DNA of 64,000 nucleotides, taken from the NCBI GenBank assembly GCA_965216755.1, contig CBDCGL010000011.1, forward strand, positions 768,001-832,000, in the 5' to 3' direction. Position numbers and translations under genes: made by a program. Position 1 is the stretch's first letter, and each line of letters opens with the position of its first letter. Positions 49,012 through 59,025 of the stretch are shown piece after piece. The notes under the pieces are model-generated. The model was given only the letters and a program-made list of their open reading frames with translations, did no database searches and was not told the DNA's origin. This DNA is from Alphaproteobacteria bacterium (GTDB lineage: Bacteria > Pseudomonadota > Alphaproteobacteria > UBA7887).

Positions 49012-49042
49012 AAAAAACGGCCGGCATCAGGTGCGCCGGCCG
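49012..49042 (-). terminator. Rho-independent terminator of the minus-strand TRAP SBP gene (possibly bidirectional)
   Basis: CGGCCGGC/GCCGGCCG 8-bp stem followed on the minus strand by TTTTTT. Confidence 0.75.
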
Positions 49043-49072
49043 CGATTTGGGAGCAGACCGTAGTTTGTGCGC

Positions 49073-50185
49073 TCAGTCCAGATAGCCGAGGCCGCTCCAG
49101 ACTTTATAATCCTCACGAAACTTGTTGAGCGATTCCCAGACACGCTTGAAATCAGGGTCGTTCGCCGATTCCTCGGCGACAACTTCGGCCCACGCTGTCT
49201 CAAGTGAGCCCAGTATCTCCGGTGACCAGCGATGCAATGTGACACCTTTGTCCTGTAGCTCTTGTAGCGCGGGAAACTGGATCGCTTCACCTTCGGCGAT
49301 ACCAGCGCGGATGCTGTCACCGCAGGCGGTTTCGATCCACGCCTGCTGCTGGGTGTTCAGCGAATCCCACTTGTCCTTGTTGATCATCAGCTCGAGCAGA
49401 CTCGACGGTTGGTGCCAGCCCGGGAAATAGTAATGCTTGGCGATTTGATGAAAGCCGAGGTCAAGGTCGATCGCCGGCATGGCATATTCTGTTGCGTCGA
49501 TTGTGCCCAATTCCAAGGCCGGAAAAATATCGCCACCGGCGATCAATTGGGTCGACGCACCCAATTTTTCCATCACCTTGGCACCCAAACCGAAGAACCG
49601 CATTTTGATACCGTTCAGATCTTCGACGCTGGTGATCTCCTCGCGGAACCAGCCCGAGCCTTCTGGTGGGATCATGCCGCAATGCATGGCGTGAATGTTG
49701 TGCGGGTCGTAAAGCTCTTGATAGAGCTCCTTGCCGCCGCCGTGATACATCCAAGCCAGATACTCACCGGGACGCGGGCCAAACGGCACGGACGTGAAGA
49801 ACTGCAACGCAGGGATCTTACCGGCCCAATATCCTGCGGTTGTCCACCCCGCGTCTATAGAGCCCGCGGATACGCCGTCAAAAACTTCCAGCGCCGGCAC
49901 CAATGCGCCGGGCTCGAAGAACTTCATCTCGACTGTCCCGGCGCTGAGTAAATCAACACGCTCCTCGAAGCGCTTGCCCAACGTGCCGAGCTGAACCAAT
50001 TCACCGGGAAATGAACTGGCCATCTTCCAGCGAATCTTACCGCCCGCGGGCGCCGCGGTCGTGCTCGGGGTCGCATCACCTTCGGCGGTCGCCTGGCCGG
50101 CTTGGTCACCGCTCGGCGAGAGCACATACATGCCAACAAGAGCGCCGACGACAAGGCCGATAATGCCAACAATGGCAGATTTCAT
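49073..50185 (-). CDS. TRAP substrate-binding protein (TakP-related) with N-terminal hydrophobic anchor, no adjacent permeases
   Basis: MKSAIVGIIGLVVGALVG, A/T/P-rich linker, WKMASSFP, PGALVPALE, GWFREEI, YYFPGWHQP. Confidence 0.88.
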   Translation of the reverse strand: MKSAIVGIIGLVVGALVGMYVLSPSGDQAGQATAEGDATPSTTAAPAGGKIRWKMASSFPGELVQLGTLGKRFEERVDLLSAGTVEMKFFEPGALVPALEVFDGVSAGSIDAGWTTAGYWAGKIPALQFFTSVPFGPRPGEYLAWMYHGGGKELYQELYDPHNIHAMHCGMIPPEGSGWFREEITSVEDLNGIKMRFFGLGAKVMEKLGASTQLIAGGDIFPALELGTIDATEYAMPAIDLDLGFHQIAKHYYFPGWHQPSSLLELMINKDKWDSLNTQQQAWIETACGDSIRAGIAEGEAIQFPALQELQDKGVTLHRWSPEILGSLETAWAEVVAEESANDPDFKRVWESLNKFREDYKVWSGLGYLD

Positions 50186-50415
50186 AATTCACAATCTCCG
50201 TTTTTGTGGCTTTCGGCCGCGCCGATACGCGCCGCCGTCAACGCTGGCGAAGCTAGCAAACCTCGGATAAATCGACAATAACCACGCATACTGGCTTGGT
50301 ATGCGCGGAAATGTGCATGGGTCATTGCCAGGCAAAACTAGCTGTGGCAAGCATCGCTGTAGGGGCGGTGCCGCCCCCTTATCGGAACAACAATCACAGT
50401 TTGGGAGACGTATTT

Positions 50416-51417
50416 ATGCGGCGAGCTTGGCAGCGCTCTTATATCGCGCGACTGACACCGGTAGTGGCCATTTGCCTAATACTGTGCGGGTCATCATTGC
50501 CAGGCTGGGCACAAGACCTTGATTTTGAAAGCTGGTTGGATGGTGTGCGCGCAGACGCGATGGCCCAGGGAATCAGTTCGGCTATCGTCGAGACCGCCTT
50601 GTCCGGGCTGAAACCCATCCCGCGTGTGATTGAGCTGGACCGCCGTCAACCAGAGGGCCGAATGTCATTTGCCCAGTATATCGAACGGGTCGTGCCGCCA
50701 TCGCGTGAACAGGCGGCGCGGGCACGATTTCGCGAGCATCAACAGTTATTGCGTGCTGTCGGGGCCCGTTATGGTGTGCAGCCACGGTTTATCGTTGCTT
50801 TGTGGGGGATCGAAAGCGATTTCGGGCGCAATACCGGCGGGTATCCGGTGATCGCGTCGCTGGCCACCTTAGCCCATGACGGTCGACGCGCATCATTTTT
50901 TCGCGGTGAATTGATGAACGCCTTAAAGATACTTGATGCCGGACATGTTGCACCGGACGCAATGGTTGGTTCCTGGGCGGGGGCCATGGGACAGAATCAA
51001 TTCATGCCGTCCAGTTTTCATGCCTACGCCGTTGACCACGATGGCGATGGACGGCGGGATATTTGGCAGACTTTGCCCGATATCTTTGCATCGATCGCCA
51101 ACTATCTATCAAAGAACGGTTGGCGCGATGACCAAACCTGGGGGCGAGTCATTCGTTTGCCCGAGTCGCTCGATAAAGCATTGATAGACCTGGATGTTGT
51201 GAAGCCGATCGGCGATTGGCAGGGGCTGGGCGTGCGACGCAACGACGGCACCGCGTTGCCGACCCGCCAGCTTCAGGCATCCCTGGTTGCCCCCGATGGA
51301 CGTGACGGCCGAACATATATGGTCTATCGGAACTTCAAGACCATCCTGAAGTGGAACCGATCGACATATTTCGGATTGGCTGTTGGCAGACTTTCCGATA
51401 GCCTGCGTGGACAATAG
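50416..51417 (+). CDS. mltB: Lytic murein transglycosylase B family
   Basis: LDRRQPE, ALWGIESDFG, GSWAGAMGQNQFMPSS, DGDGRRDIW, WNRS. Confidence 0.9.
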   Translation: MRRAWQRSYIARLTPVVAICLILCGSSLPGWAQDLDFESWLDGVRADAMAQGISSAIVETALSGLKPIPRVIELDRRQPEGRMSFAQYIERVVPPSREQAARARFREHQQLLRAVGARYGVQPRFIVALWGIESDFGRNTGGYPVIASLATLAHDGRRASFFRGELMNALKILDAGHVAPDAMVGSWAGAMGQNQFMPSSFHAYAVDHDGDGRRDIWQTLPDIFASIANYLSKNGWRDDQTWGRVIRLPESLDKALIDLDVVKPIGDWQGLGVRRNDGTALPTRQLQASLVAPDGRDGRTYMVYRNFKTILKWNRSTYFGLAVGRLSDSLRGQ

Positions 51418-52377
51418 TTGCCTTTGCGTACTGCGGTGAAGGCTGTATCGGAGGGATTTGTGTCGGGGGGCATATTCCGCGTTGTTTTGGCTGTGGGGCT
51501 TTTGGCTATCCTCGCCGGCTGTTCATCCGCGCAAGTCGCCAGCCATGGGTTGAAGCGCGTCACGAACGCACACCCGCCACCTTCGTCAATTCAAAGAGAG
51601 GGGCGCTATAAGGTCGGGAACCCGTATCAAATCAATGGTATATGGTACTATCCCGCGGAAAACGCGCGTTATGACGAGGTCGGCATTGCGTCTTGGTACG
51701 GGCGCGCTTTTCACGGCCGGCGGACAGCGAACGGCGCGATTTATGACATGTACGCGTTGACGGCCGCACACAAGACTTTGCCGATGCCGTCAAAAGTGCG
51801 TGTCACCAATCTTGAGAATGGTCGTTCAATGGTGCTGGTCGTCAACGATCGTGGACCTTTCGTGAATGGCCGCATCATTGATCTCTCATGGCGTGCGGCG
51901 AAAATCCTGGGTTTCTCCAACAGCGGTCTCGCAACCGTACGCGTGCAGGCGTTGTCGCCTGAAAATGGACTGCAATATGCACACAAGCCGAGTACCTCGC
52001 TGGCCGAGGCCAATTTGCCGTCGGCGGCGCCGCGCACGGCTGTCGATGTGCAGGCGCTGCACGCGCCAGAGGGTGTGCGGGTCGCGGCCGCGGTTCTTCC
52101 GCCGCGACCACGTGTTCCAGAACCGCGGGTGGGATCAGGTCGCTTTTCAACAAAGCTGTTTGTGCAGGTGGCGGCGTTCGAGGTTGCAGCCAACGCGACT
52201 CGATTTGCGCACGATCTAACACCTTTCGGGAAAGTTCGCATCGTCGCCGTCGAGACCGACGCGACCGCCCTGTATCGCGTTCAACTGGGGCCGATCGAAG
52301 GCACGGTGGCGGCAGACGCCGCGCTACAGAAACTGTTGGGTGCGGGCTATCAAGATGCCCGTCTGGTTGTGGATTAG
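51418..52377 (+). CDS. rlpA: Septal ring lytic transglycosylase RlpA lipoprotein with SPOR domain
   Basis: Lipobox LAGC, YKVGNPY, GIASWYG, TAAHKTLP, VNDRGPF, RIIDLS; start may be a downstream GTG. Confidence 0.9.
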   Translation: MPLRTAVKAVSEGFVSGGIFRVVLAVGLLAILAGCSSAQVASHGLKRVTNAHPPPSSIQREGRYKVGNPYQINGIWYYPAENARYDEVGIASWYGRAFHGRRTANGAIYDMYALTAAHKTLPMPSKVRVTNLENGRSMVLVVNDRGPFVNGRIIDLSWRAAKILGFSNSGLATVRVQALSPENGLQYAHKPSTSLAEANLPSAAPRTAVDVQALHAPEGVRVAAAVLPPRPRVPEPRVGSGRFSTKLFVQVAAFEVAANATRFAHDLTPFGKVRIVAVETDATALYRVQLGPIEGTVAADAALQKLLGAGYQDARLVVD

Positions 52378-52533
52378 CCGCGCGCCAAAATACACAAGAC
52401 AAAATACACAAGATAAGTCTGCCGACATTGTGGGACATATGCTGGCGGTGCTATTTAGGCCTCGAGGCACTGATGCGCGTCATCCGCGCTTTCAGGTCGA
52501 TTGCCTCGATTGAGCGTAATCAAACTGCGGATC

Positions 52534-53703
52534 ATGCATATGAAATGTGCAACCTGGGGTCGACGGCGTGCCAAGCTGGCGTCTTTGGTCTTGGCACTTT
52601 TCGTCGTGGCGCCTTATTCGACAGGCGATGCCGAAACGTTCGAGACCGCCGCGCGCAATGCGCTTTTGGTCGACTTTGATAGCGGTACTGCGTTACTCGC
52701 GAAAAATGCCGATGCGCGAATTCCGCCCGCATCCATGAGCAAGCTCATGACCGTGTACATGGTTTTTGATCGCTTGCGCGAAGGTTCGTTGACCCTTGAA
52801 GACACCATGTATGTCAGCGAGAAAGCCTGGCGCATGGGTGGCTCCAAGATGTTTGTCGAGGTCGACACGGAGGTCTCGGTCGAGGATCTCTTGCGCGGCA
52901 TTATTGTCCAGTCGGGCAATGATGCGTGCGTCGTCGTCGCCGAGGCGATTGCCGGCAGTGAGGAAAACTTCGCCGAATTGATGAACCAAAAGGCGGCGGA
53001 GATAGGCCTGGTCGGCAGTCATTTCGGGAATGCGACTGGCTGGCCGCATGATGACCACTATATGACGCCGCGCGACTTGGTCAATTTGACGAAACGTATC
53101 ATTGAGGAATTTCCGGAGTACTTTCGCTATTTCGCGGAAATTGATTTCACCTATAATGAAATCCGACAGGGCAACCGTAACCCTTTGCTATACAAAGACT
53201 TAGGCGTTGATGGCATGAAAACCGGTCACACCGAAGAGGCCGGCTATAGCTTGACAGCAACGGGTTTGCGCGAAGGGCGACGCTTGATATTGGTCGTAAC
53301 CGGCCTTGAATCCGTGCGCCAAAGATCGAGCGAGTCTGAACGTCTACTCAATTACGGCTTTCGGGAATTCAACAATTACTCGCTTTTCGATGCCGGCGAG
53401 ACTGTCGACGCGATCGATGTTTGGTTGGGGACCCGACAACGTATCGAAGCCATAATTGAACACGATTTGACTGTGGTTTTGCCCCGTGCGAGCCGTAAGG
53501 ACTTGCGCGTCTCGGTGGTTGCGAACGCGCCGTTGAGCGCGCCAGTCGTCGGCGGCCAGCAAATTGGCCGGGTGCTGGTCACCGCGCCGGGGGTCGAACA
53601 GATCGAACGTCCCTTGCTCGCCGGCGATGATGTGGCCCGATTGGGCCCACTGCGGCGTATCGGCGCGGCGATAAACTATTTGGTGTTTGGTCCATCCTTG
53701 TGA
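52534..53703 (+). CDS. dacA: D-alanyl-D-alanine carboxypeptidase (PBP5/6)
   Basis: PASMSK (SxxK), SGN (SxN), KTG motifs. Confidence 0.92.
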   Translation: MHMKCATWGRRRAKLASLVLALFVVAPYSTGDAETFETAARNALLVDFDSGTALLAKNADARIPPASMSKLMTVYMVFDRLREGSLTLEDTMYVSEKAWRMGGSKMFVEVDTEVSVEDLLRGIIVQSGNDACVVVAEAIAGSEENFAELMNQKAAEIGLVGSHFGNATGWPHDDHYMTPRDLVNLTKRIIEEFPEYFRYFAEIDFTYNEIRQGNRNPLLYKDLGVDGMKTGHTEEAGYSLTATGLREGRRLILVVTGLESVRQRSSESERLLNYGFREFNNYSLFDAGETVDAIDVWLGTRQRIEAIIEHDLTVVLPRASRKDLRVSVVANAPLSAPVVGGQQIGRVLVTAPGVEQIERPLLAGDDVARLGPLRRIGAAINYLVFGPSL

Positions 53704-54344
53704 CAGCGCGCGGCCGTTTCGTGACGATCGAGGGCGGTGACGGCGCCGGCAAATCGACCCAATGTGCCCTGTTGGCGGATTGGCTACGCGGCCACGGCTT
53801 GGATGTTGTCCAGACTCGGGAACCCGGTGGTGTCCCTGGCGCCGAAACCATACGCAACTTGCTTGTCGAGGGCGACCAGAGCCGATGGGATCCGCTTAGT
53901 GAATTGCTTTTGCTTTCGGCCGCGCGTCATTGTCATGTGACGAAATTGATCGCGCCGGCGTTGGCACGCGGTACATGGGTGATCTGTGACCGCTTTGTTG
54001 ACTCGACAATGGCCTATCAGGGCTATGCCATGGGTGTCGGGCGCGAAGTCGTATCCCAAGTCAGCCAACTGGCGATCGGTGATGTCAAAGTGGACCGGAC
54101 TATCATTCTGGACTTACCAACCAATTTGGCACGCCGGCGTGCGGAAACACGTGCTGACAAACTGAGCCGTTACGAAGGCATGGACGAGACGTTCCATCAA
54201 ACGGTCCGGGATGCCTTTGTCGATATCGCGCGGCGGGAACCAACACGTTGCAGCCTGGTCGATGCACAGCGGCCCATCGCGGCCGTTGCCGACAACGTCA
54301 AAGCCGCTCTAGCCGATCTAATCCCGAGCGATGGCCGGACGTAA
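53700..54344 (+). CDS. tmk: Thymidylate kinase
   Basis: EGGDGAGKST, TREPGG, CDRFVDST.AYQG. Confidence 0.95.
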   Translation: MTARGRFVTIEGGDGAGKSTQCALLADWLRGHGLDVVQTREPGGVPGAETIRNLLVEGDQSRWDPLSELLLLSAARHCHVTKLIAPALARGTWVICDRFVDSTMAYQGYAMGVGREVVSQVSQLAIGDVKVDRTIILDLPTNLARRRAETRADKLSRYEGMDETFHQTVRDAFVDIARREPTRCSLVDAQRPIAAVADNVKAALADLIPSDGRT

Positions 54345-55428
54345 CGCCGACACATCGAAGACCCAGGACCAAGTCCGGCACCCACGAATGACGCAAGTTC
54401 TGGTTGGCCATGAGGCCGCCATGGCGACATTTACCAGCGCGTTTCGTGAAGGCCAATTGGCGCATGCCTGGTTGATTACCGGGCCAAAGGGCGTTGGCAA
54501 AGCGACGCTTGCCTATCACATGGCACGATTGGCTCTGTCGCAGGGCAATTCACAGTCGGCATTGTTTGACCAACACCCGGCGCCAATCGATGACACCGTT
54601 GCCCGCCAGGTCGCCGCAAATTCGCATCCAGATCTGCTGTCGCTCGAACGCGAAGCCGATCCGAAAACCAACCGATTGCGCCGGGACATCGTGGTGGGCT
54701 CGGTGCGCCGGCTCAATGGATTTCTTCGTCTTAAACCGGCGGCCGGAATCTGGCGGGTCGTGATCATTGATAGCGCCGACGAAATGAACAGAAATGCGGC
54801 AAACGCTGTTTTGAAGCTCGTCGAAGAGCCGCCCAATACATCACTGATATTATTGGTCTCTCACCAGCCTGGCCGGCTATTGCCGACGCTACGCTCCCGG
54901 TGTCGAACTTTGCCGCTACGGCCGCTTTCCGATGATTTTGTCACAGAGGTCATGAGCCGGTGCATCGATAGCGACATGGCTGTCGGGGACCGAAAGACGC
55001 TGACCCATTTGGCATCCGGTAGCCCGGGGCGCGCCGTGGCGCTGGCCACGCTTGATGGCGTCGACGTCTACCGAGAAATTGCCGGATTGTTGGCGACCGC
55101 CCCCGCGTATGACACACAAATCTTGCACGGTTTTGCCGATCGCGTTTCACGACGCGGGGCCGAACAGCGGTTTGAATTGGCCATGGAATTACTCGCGGGG
55201 TGGATAGCGGGCGCGATCAAGTGTGTCGCCCGCGACGATTGTTCGGCGGAACTGGTACCGGGCGAGGCCGATGCCAGGCGCCGAATGGTCTCGGCAGGCG
55301 CCCTTGATCAATGGGTGGAGCTGTGGGAAAACACGCGCGGCCTCGCGGAACGCGCCGGTCACCTAAACCTAGATCGCAAACAGGTTGTGCTAACCGCTTT
55401 TCACGGCATAGCGCGGTTGGCAACATGA
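54331..55428 (+). CDS. holB: DNA polymerase III delta' subunit
   Basis: HAWLITGPKGVGKAT, HPDL, IIDSADEMN..AANAVLK..EEPP, LPTLRSRC; tmk-holB-metG synteny. Confidence 0.93.
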   Translation: MAGRNADTSKTQDQVRHPRMTQVLVGHEAAMATFTSAFREGQLAHAWLITGPKGVGKATLAYHMARLALSQGNSQSALFDQHPAPIDDTVARQVAANSHPDLLSLEREADPKTNRLRRDIVVGSVRRLNGFLRLKPAAGIWRVVIIDSADEMNRNAANAVLKLVEEPPNTSLILLVSHQPGRLLPTLRSRCRTLPLRPLSDDFVTEVMSRCIDSDMAVGDRKTLTHLASGSPGRAVALATLDGVDVYREIAGLLATAPAYDTQILHGFADRVSRRGAEQRFELAMELLAGWIAGAIKCVARDDCSAELVPGEADARRRMVSAGALDQWVELWENTRGLAERAGHLNLDRKQVVLTAFHGIARLAT

Positions 55429-55463
55429 GCACCTGAACCGAGGAGGCGGCCGGGAGCCGACCA

Positions 55464-57023
55464 ATGACCGAGGCGCAGTCATTTTACGTCACAACGCCAA
55501 TCTACTACGTCAATGACGTGCCCCATTTGGGTCACGCTTACACGACCATTGCGTGCGACGCGATCGCGCGCTTCATGCGTTTGGATGGCCGTAACGTCAT
55601 GTTTCTGACCGGCACCGACGAGCATGGGCAAAAGGTCGCGCATTCGGCTGAAGCCGCCAGCAAAGATCCGCAAGCGTTTACCGATCAAGTCTCGCAGCGT
55701 TTCCGAAAACTGGCAGAGGTACTGCGCGCCTCGAATGACGATTTCATTCGTACGACGGAACCGCGCCACAAAGCAGCGAGCCAGGCGATTTGGCGCGCGT
55801 TGGTCGACTCTGGCGACATCTATCTCGGCAGCTATTCGGGCTGGTACTCCGTGCGCGACGAAGCCTATTTCGCCGAGAGCGAGCTGATCGCCGGGCCGGA
55901 TGGCGGCAAGGTGGCACCGACCGGGGCGCCGGTCGAGTGGGTAGAGGAACCGAGCTACTTTTTTCGCCTGTCCCGGTGGCAACAACCACTTATTGACTTG
56001 TACACGCGCCAACCGGATTTCATTCTGCCCGAGACGCGGCGAAACGAAGTCATGAGCTTCGTCAAAGGCGGCCTTCAGGACCTATCCGTCTCACGCACTA
56101 GTTTTCGATGGGGCGTGCCAGTTCCCGGCGACGATGCACATGTGATGTATGTGTGGCTGGACGCGCTGACGAACTACCTAACGGCGGTCGGTTATCCAGA
56201 CACCAAGAACCAGGCCTATCAGACATTTTGGCCAGCGAACGTGCACGTCGTGGGCAAAGACATCGTGCGCTTTCACGCAGTCTATTGGCCGGCCTTCTTA
56301 ATGGCCGCCGGTCTTGAACCTCCGCAGCGCGTATTCGCCCACGGTTGGTGGACCGTGGAGGGCCAGAAGATGTCAAAGAGCCTCGGCAATGTGGTCGAAC
56401 CATTTGATCTGGTTGAAACCTATGGCCTCGATCAGGTGCGCTACTTCCTGTTGCGCGAGGTTCCATTTGGCAATGATGGAGATTTCTCTCGACAGGCCCT
56501 GATCAACCGTATCAATCATGATCTGGCCAATGACTTTGGCAACTTAGCGCAACGTGTCTTGAGCATGATCAACCGCAATTGCGATGCTGCGGTGCCCAGC
56601 CCCGGTGCCTTTCGCGGCGAAGATCAGGATCTGCTTGACCGCGCGTCCGCCTTGGTCGGTTTGGTGCGTCAGGCAATGGAACGCGAGGCGCTACACGTGG
56701 CGTTGGACCGCATCTGGCACGTCGTCCGTGCGGCCAATGGCTATGTCGATCATCAGGCGCCCTGGGCCCTGCGCAAGACAGATCCGTCACGCATGGCGAC
56801 AGTCTTGTTTACTTTGGCGGAGGTGATCCGCCATTTGGGGATATTGAGCCAGCCATTCGTCCCCGAAGCGGCCGGTCGCCTGTTAGACCAATTGGCAGTA
56901 CCACATGATCAGCGCAACTTTTCCGCGTTGACCGCGGATTCGAGACTTGTCGAGGGCGTACCATTGCCGAAGCCTTTTGGTGTTTTCCCACGTATCGTTG
57001 AAAGCGAAGCAACAACATCGTGA
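55464..57023 (+). CDS. metG: Methionine--tRNA ligase
   Basis: TTPIYYVN..HLGH (HIGH), GTDEHG, YVWLDAL, GKDI, KMSKS. Confidence 0.97.
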   Translation: MTEAQSFYVTTPIYYVNDVPHLGHAYTTIACDAIARFMRLDGRNVMFLTGTDEHGQKVAHSAEAASKDPQAFTDQVSQRFRKLAEVLRASNDDFIRTTEPRHKAASQAIWRALVDSGDIYLGSYSGWYSVRDEAYFAESELIAGPDGGKVAPTGAPVEWVEEPSYFFRLSRWQQPLIDLYTRQPDFILPETRRNEVMSFVKGGLQDLSVSRTSFRWGVPVPGDDAHVMYVWLDALTNYLTAVGYPDTKNQAYQTFWPANVHVVGKDIVRFHAVYWPAFLMAAGLEPPQRVFAHGWWTVEGQKMSKSLGNVVEPFDLVETYGLDQVRYFLLREVPFGNDGDFSRQALINRINHDLANDFGNLAQRVLSMINRNCDAAVPSPGAFRGEDQDLLDRASALVGLVRQAMEREALHVALDRIWHVVRAANGYVDHQAPWALRKTDPSRMATVLFTLAEVIRHLGILSQPFVPEAAGRLLDQLAVPHDQRNFSALTADSRLVEGVPLPKPFGVFPRIVESEATTS

Positions 57024-57802
57024 TGCTGGTTGACAGCCATTGCCACCTTGATTTTCCAGACTTCGAATCTGACATTGATCAGGTGATTGCACGTGCGCGC
57101 AACGCCGGCGTCGGTGTTATGCAAACGATATCAACGCGCTTAGAATCGTTTGAATCCGTCCGAAGCTTGGCCGCGCGATTTGAAGATGTCTACTGCTCGG
57201 TTGGCGTCCACCCGCACAATGCTGGCGACGCCGCCTTGGCGACGCCGGAACAGCTCGCTGTGCTCGCAAACGACTCAAATGTGATTGGAATTGGCGAGAC
57301 GGGCCTGGACTATTATTACGAGCACAGCCCCCGCGAATCGCAGAAAGAGAGCTTTCGTGCCCACATTGTCGCAGCCCGGAAAACGGGGTTGCCTGTCATC
57401 GTTCATAGCCGCGATGCGGACCAAGATACGACTGAGATTCTGACTGAAGAAATGGGGAAGGGGGCCTTCCCCGGCCTTATACATTGTTTCACATCTGGCC
57501 CGGAACTCGCTGAAAACGCGCTGAAACTTGGCCTTTCTATATCTCTGTCGGGGATCGTCACGTTCAAGAGTGCCGAGGATCTTAGACAAGTTGTGCGGAA
57601 CGTGCCTTTGGACCGTCTCTTGGTGGAAACAGACGCACCATATCTTGCGCCGATGCCGTATCGGGGCAAACGCAACGAGCCTGCGTTTGTCCGCCACACG
57701 GCGACCTATTTGGCTGAGATGATGAACATTTCGACTTCGGACTTCTTCCAGGAAACCACACGTAACTTCTTCAGACTCTTCGAAAAAGCGCAGTCGTCGT
57801 AG
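57023..57802 (+). CDS. tatD: TatD family DNase
   Basis: DSHCHLD, GVHPH, GETGLDY, HSRDA, HCF, ETDAPYLAP. Confidence 0.93.
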   Translation: MLVDSHCHLDFPDFESDIDQVIARARNAGVGVMQTISTRLESFESVRSLAARFEDVYCSVGVHPHNAGDAALATPEQLAVLANDSNVIGIGETGLDYYYEHSPRESQKESFRAHIVAARKTGLPVIVHSRDADQDTTEILTEEMGKGAFPGLIHCFTSGPELAENALKLGLSISLSGIVTFKSAEDLRQVVRNVPLDRLLVETDAPYLAPMPYRGKRNEPAFVRHTATYLAEMMNISTSDFFQETTRNFFRLFEKAQSS

Positions 57803-57807
57803 AACGT

Positions 57808-58614
57808 ATGAGGGTTACGATACTTGGTTGCGGAAGTTCGACCGGCGTACCCATGATCGGCCCAGATTGGGGACGATGCGACCCCAACAACCCCAAGAAC
57901 CGTCGCCGCCGTGTTTCTGTTTTGGTAGAGGACAGCGGCACCAGTATTTTGGTCGATGCATCGCCGGATCTCCGGGAGCAACTGATCGACGCGCGGGTCA
58001 AGCGCTTGGACGCTGTGTTGCTTACTCATGACCACGCTGATCATACGCATGGCATCGATGACTTGCGCGGCATTAACTATTTGATGAATGGACCCGTCGA
58101 TATCTATGGCGCGCCAGACACGATACGAACGGTCAAATCCCGATTTGGCTACGCTTTTGATCATGACGGCACAACCGGACCATGGTATCGACCATGTTTT
58201 CGGTCCAGACAAATCGACGGGCAATTTCGTGTCGGTGCTGTGTCTGTTGAGCCGTTTGAACAGATTCACGGCCGTACAACAACGCTCGGTTTTCGGTTTG
58301 GGCGTTTCGCGTACAGCACCGATGTAAATGATTTGAATACGTCGTCGCTCGAAATTCTAGCTGGCATTGAAGTCTGGGTCGTAGATTGCGCGCGCTACAA
58401 GCCAAGTCCAGGCCACGCGAGCTTGCGCCAGGTCCTGAATTGGGTAGCGGTGTTAAAACCGCGCCAAACGCTTTTGACGCATTTGTCCGCGGAAATGGAC
58501 TATGAAGAGTTGCAGGCTCAATTGCCCGAAGGCATTGCGCCGGCGTTTGACGGCATGTTGCTGACGATTGATAACGATATGAGCATCAACAATCGTGCGA
58601 TGGACACACCGTGA
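57808..58614 (+). CDS. MBL-fold metallo-hydrolase (PhnP-like phosphodiesterase)
   Basis: LGCGSSTGVP, THDHADHTHGIDDLR, AYSTD, LTHLS. Confidence 0.92.
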   Translation: MRVTILGCGSSTGVPMIGPDWGRCDPNNPKNRRRRVSVLVEDSGTSILVDASPDLREQLIDARVKRLDAVLLTHDHADHTHGIDDLRGINYLMNGPVDIYGAPDTIRTVKSRFGYAFDHDGTTGPWYRPCFRSRQIDGQFRVGAVSVEPFEQIHGRTTTLGFRFGRFAYSTDVNDLNTSSLEILAGIEVWVVDCARYKPSPGHASLRQVLNWVAVLKPRQTLLTHLSAEMDYEELQAQLPEGIAPAFDGMLLTIDNDMSINNRAMDTP

Positions 58615-58901
58615 GCAGTGAATTCCTCAACGCTGTCGTTTATGGATCTGTACGCGATCCCATGATGTGGATTTTGGCGGCCGTCGTCGGTTGGAACGCC
58701 ACCCGAGATGTGATTCGTTCGCTCGGTCTTCTGGCAACAGTCGGTGGTGTTTGGGGTGCCATCCGCGCCGCGGTTTATATGGCACTCGGCGAGCAACTGA
58801 GCGCTGACCGAATTGCCGTGATGATTTTGGTTTGCATGGCCATAATGATTGCGGCCGGCATAGCGGTGCGGAGCATGCGAAGCTTGATCGAGCCGCGCTA
58901 A
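58611..58901 (+). CDS. Small hypothetical membrane protein (about 3 TM)
   Basis: GTGA overlap with the MBL stop; hydrophobic 96-aa ORF filling the gap. Confidence 0.6.
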   Translation: MSSEFLNAVVYGSVRDPMMWILAAVVGWNATRDVIRSLGLLATVGGVWGAIRAAVYMALGEQLSADRIAVMILVCMAIMIAAGIAVRSMRSLIEPR

Positions 58902-59025
58902 CCCCCTGACCTAATACAAATCATAATTTCCCATAATATATCTTATGCGACAATTGGATTCTGCTAGTACGTTTGGTTCCTGTGTGCCCTTCCTGATTTG
59001 ATCGGCAACGAGAAAGGCCTCAACA

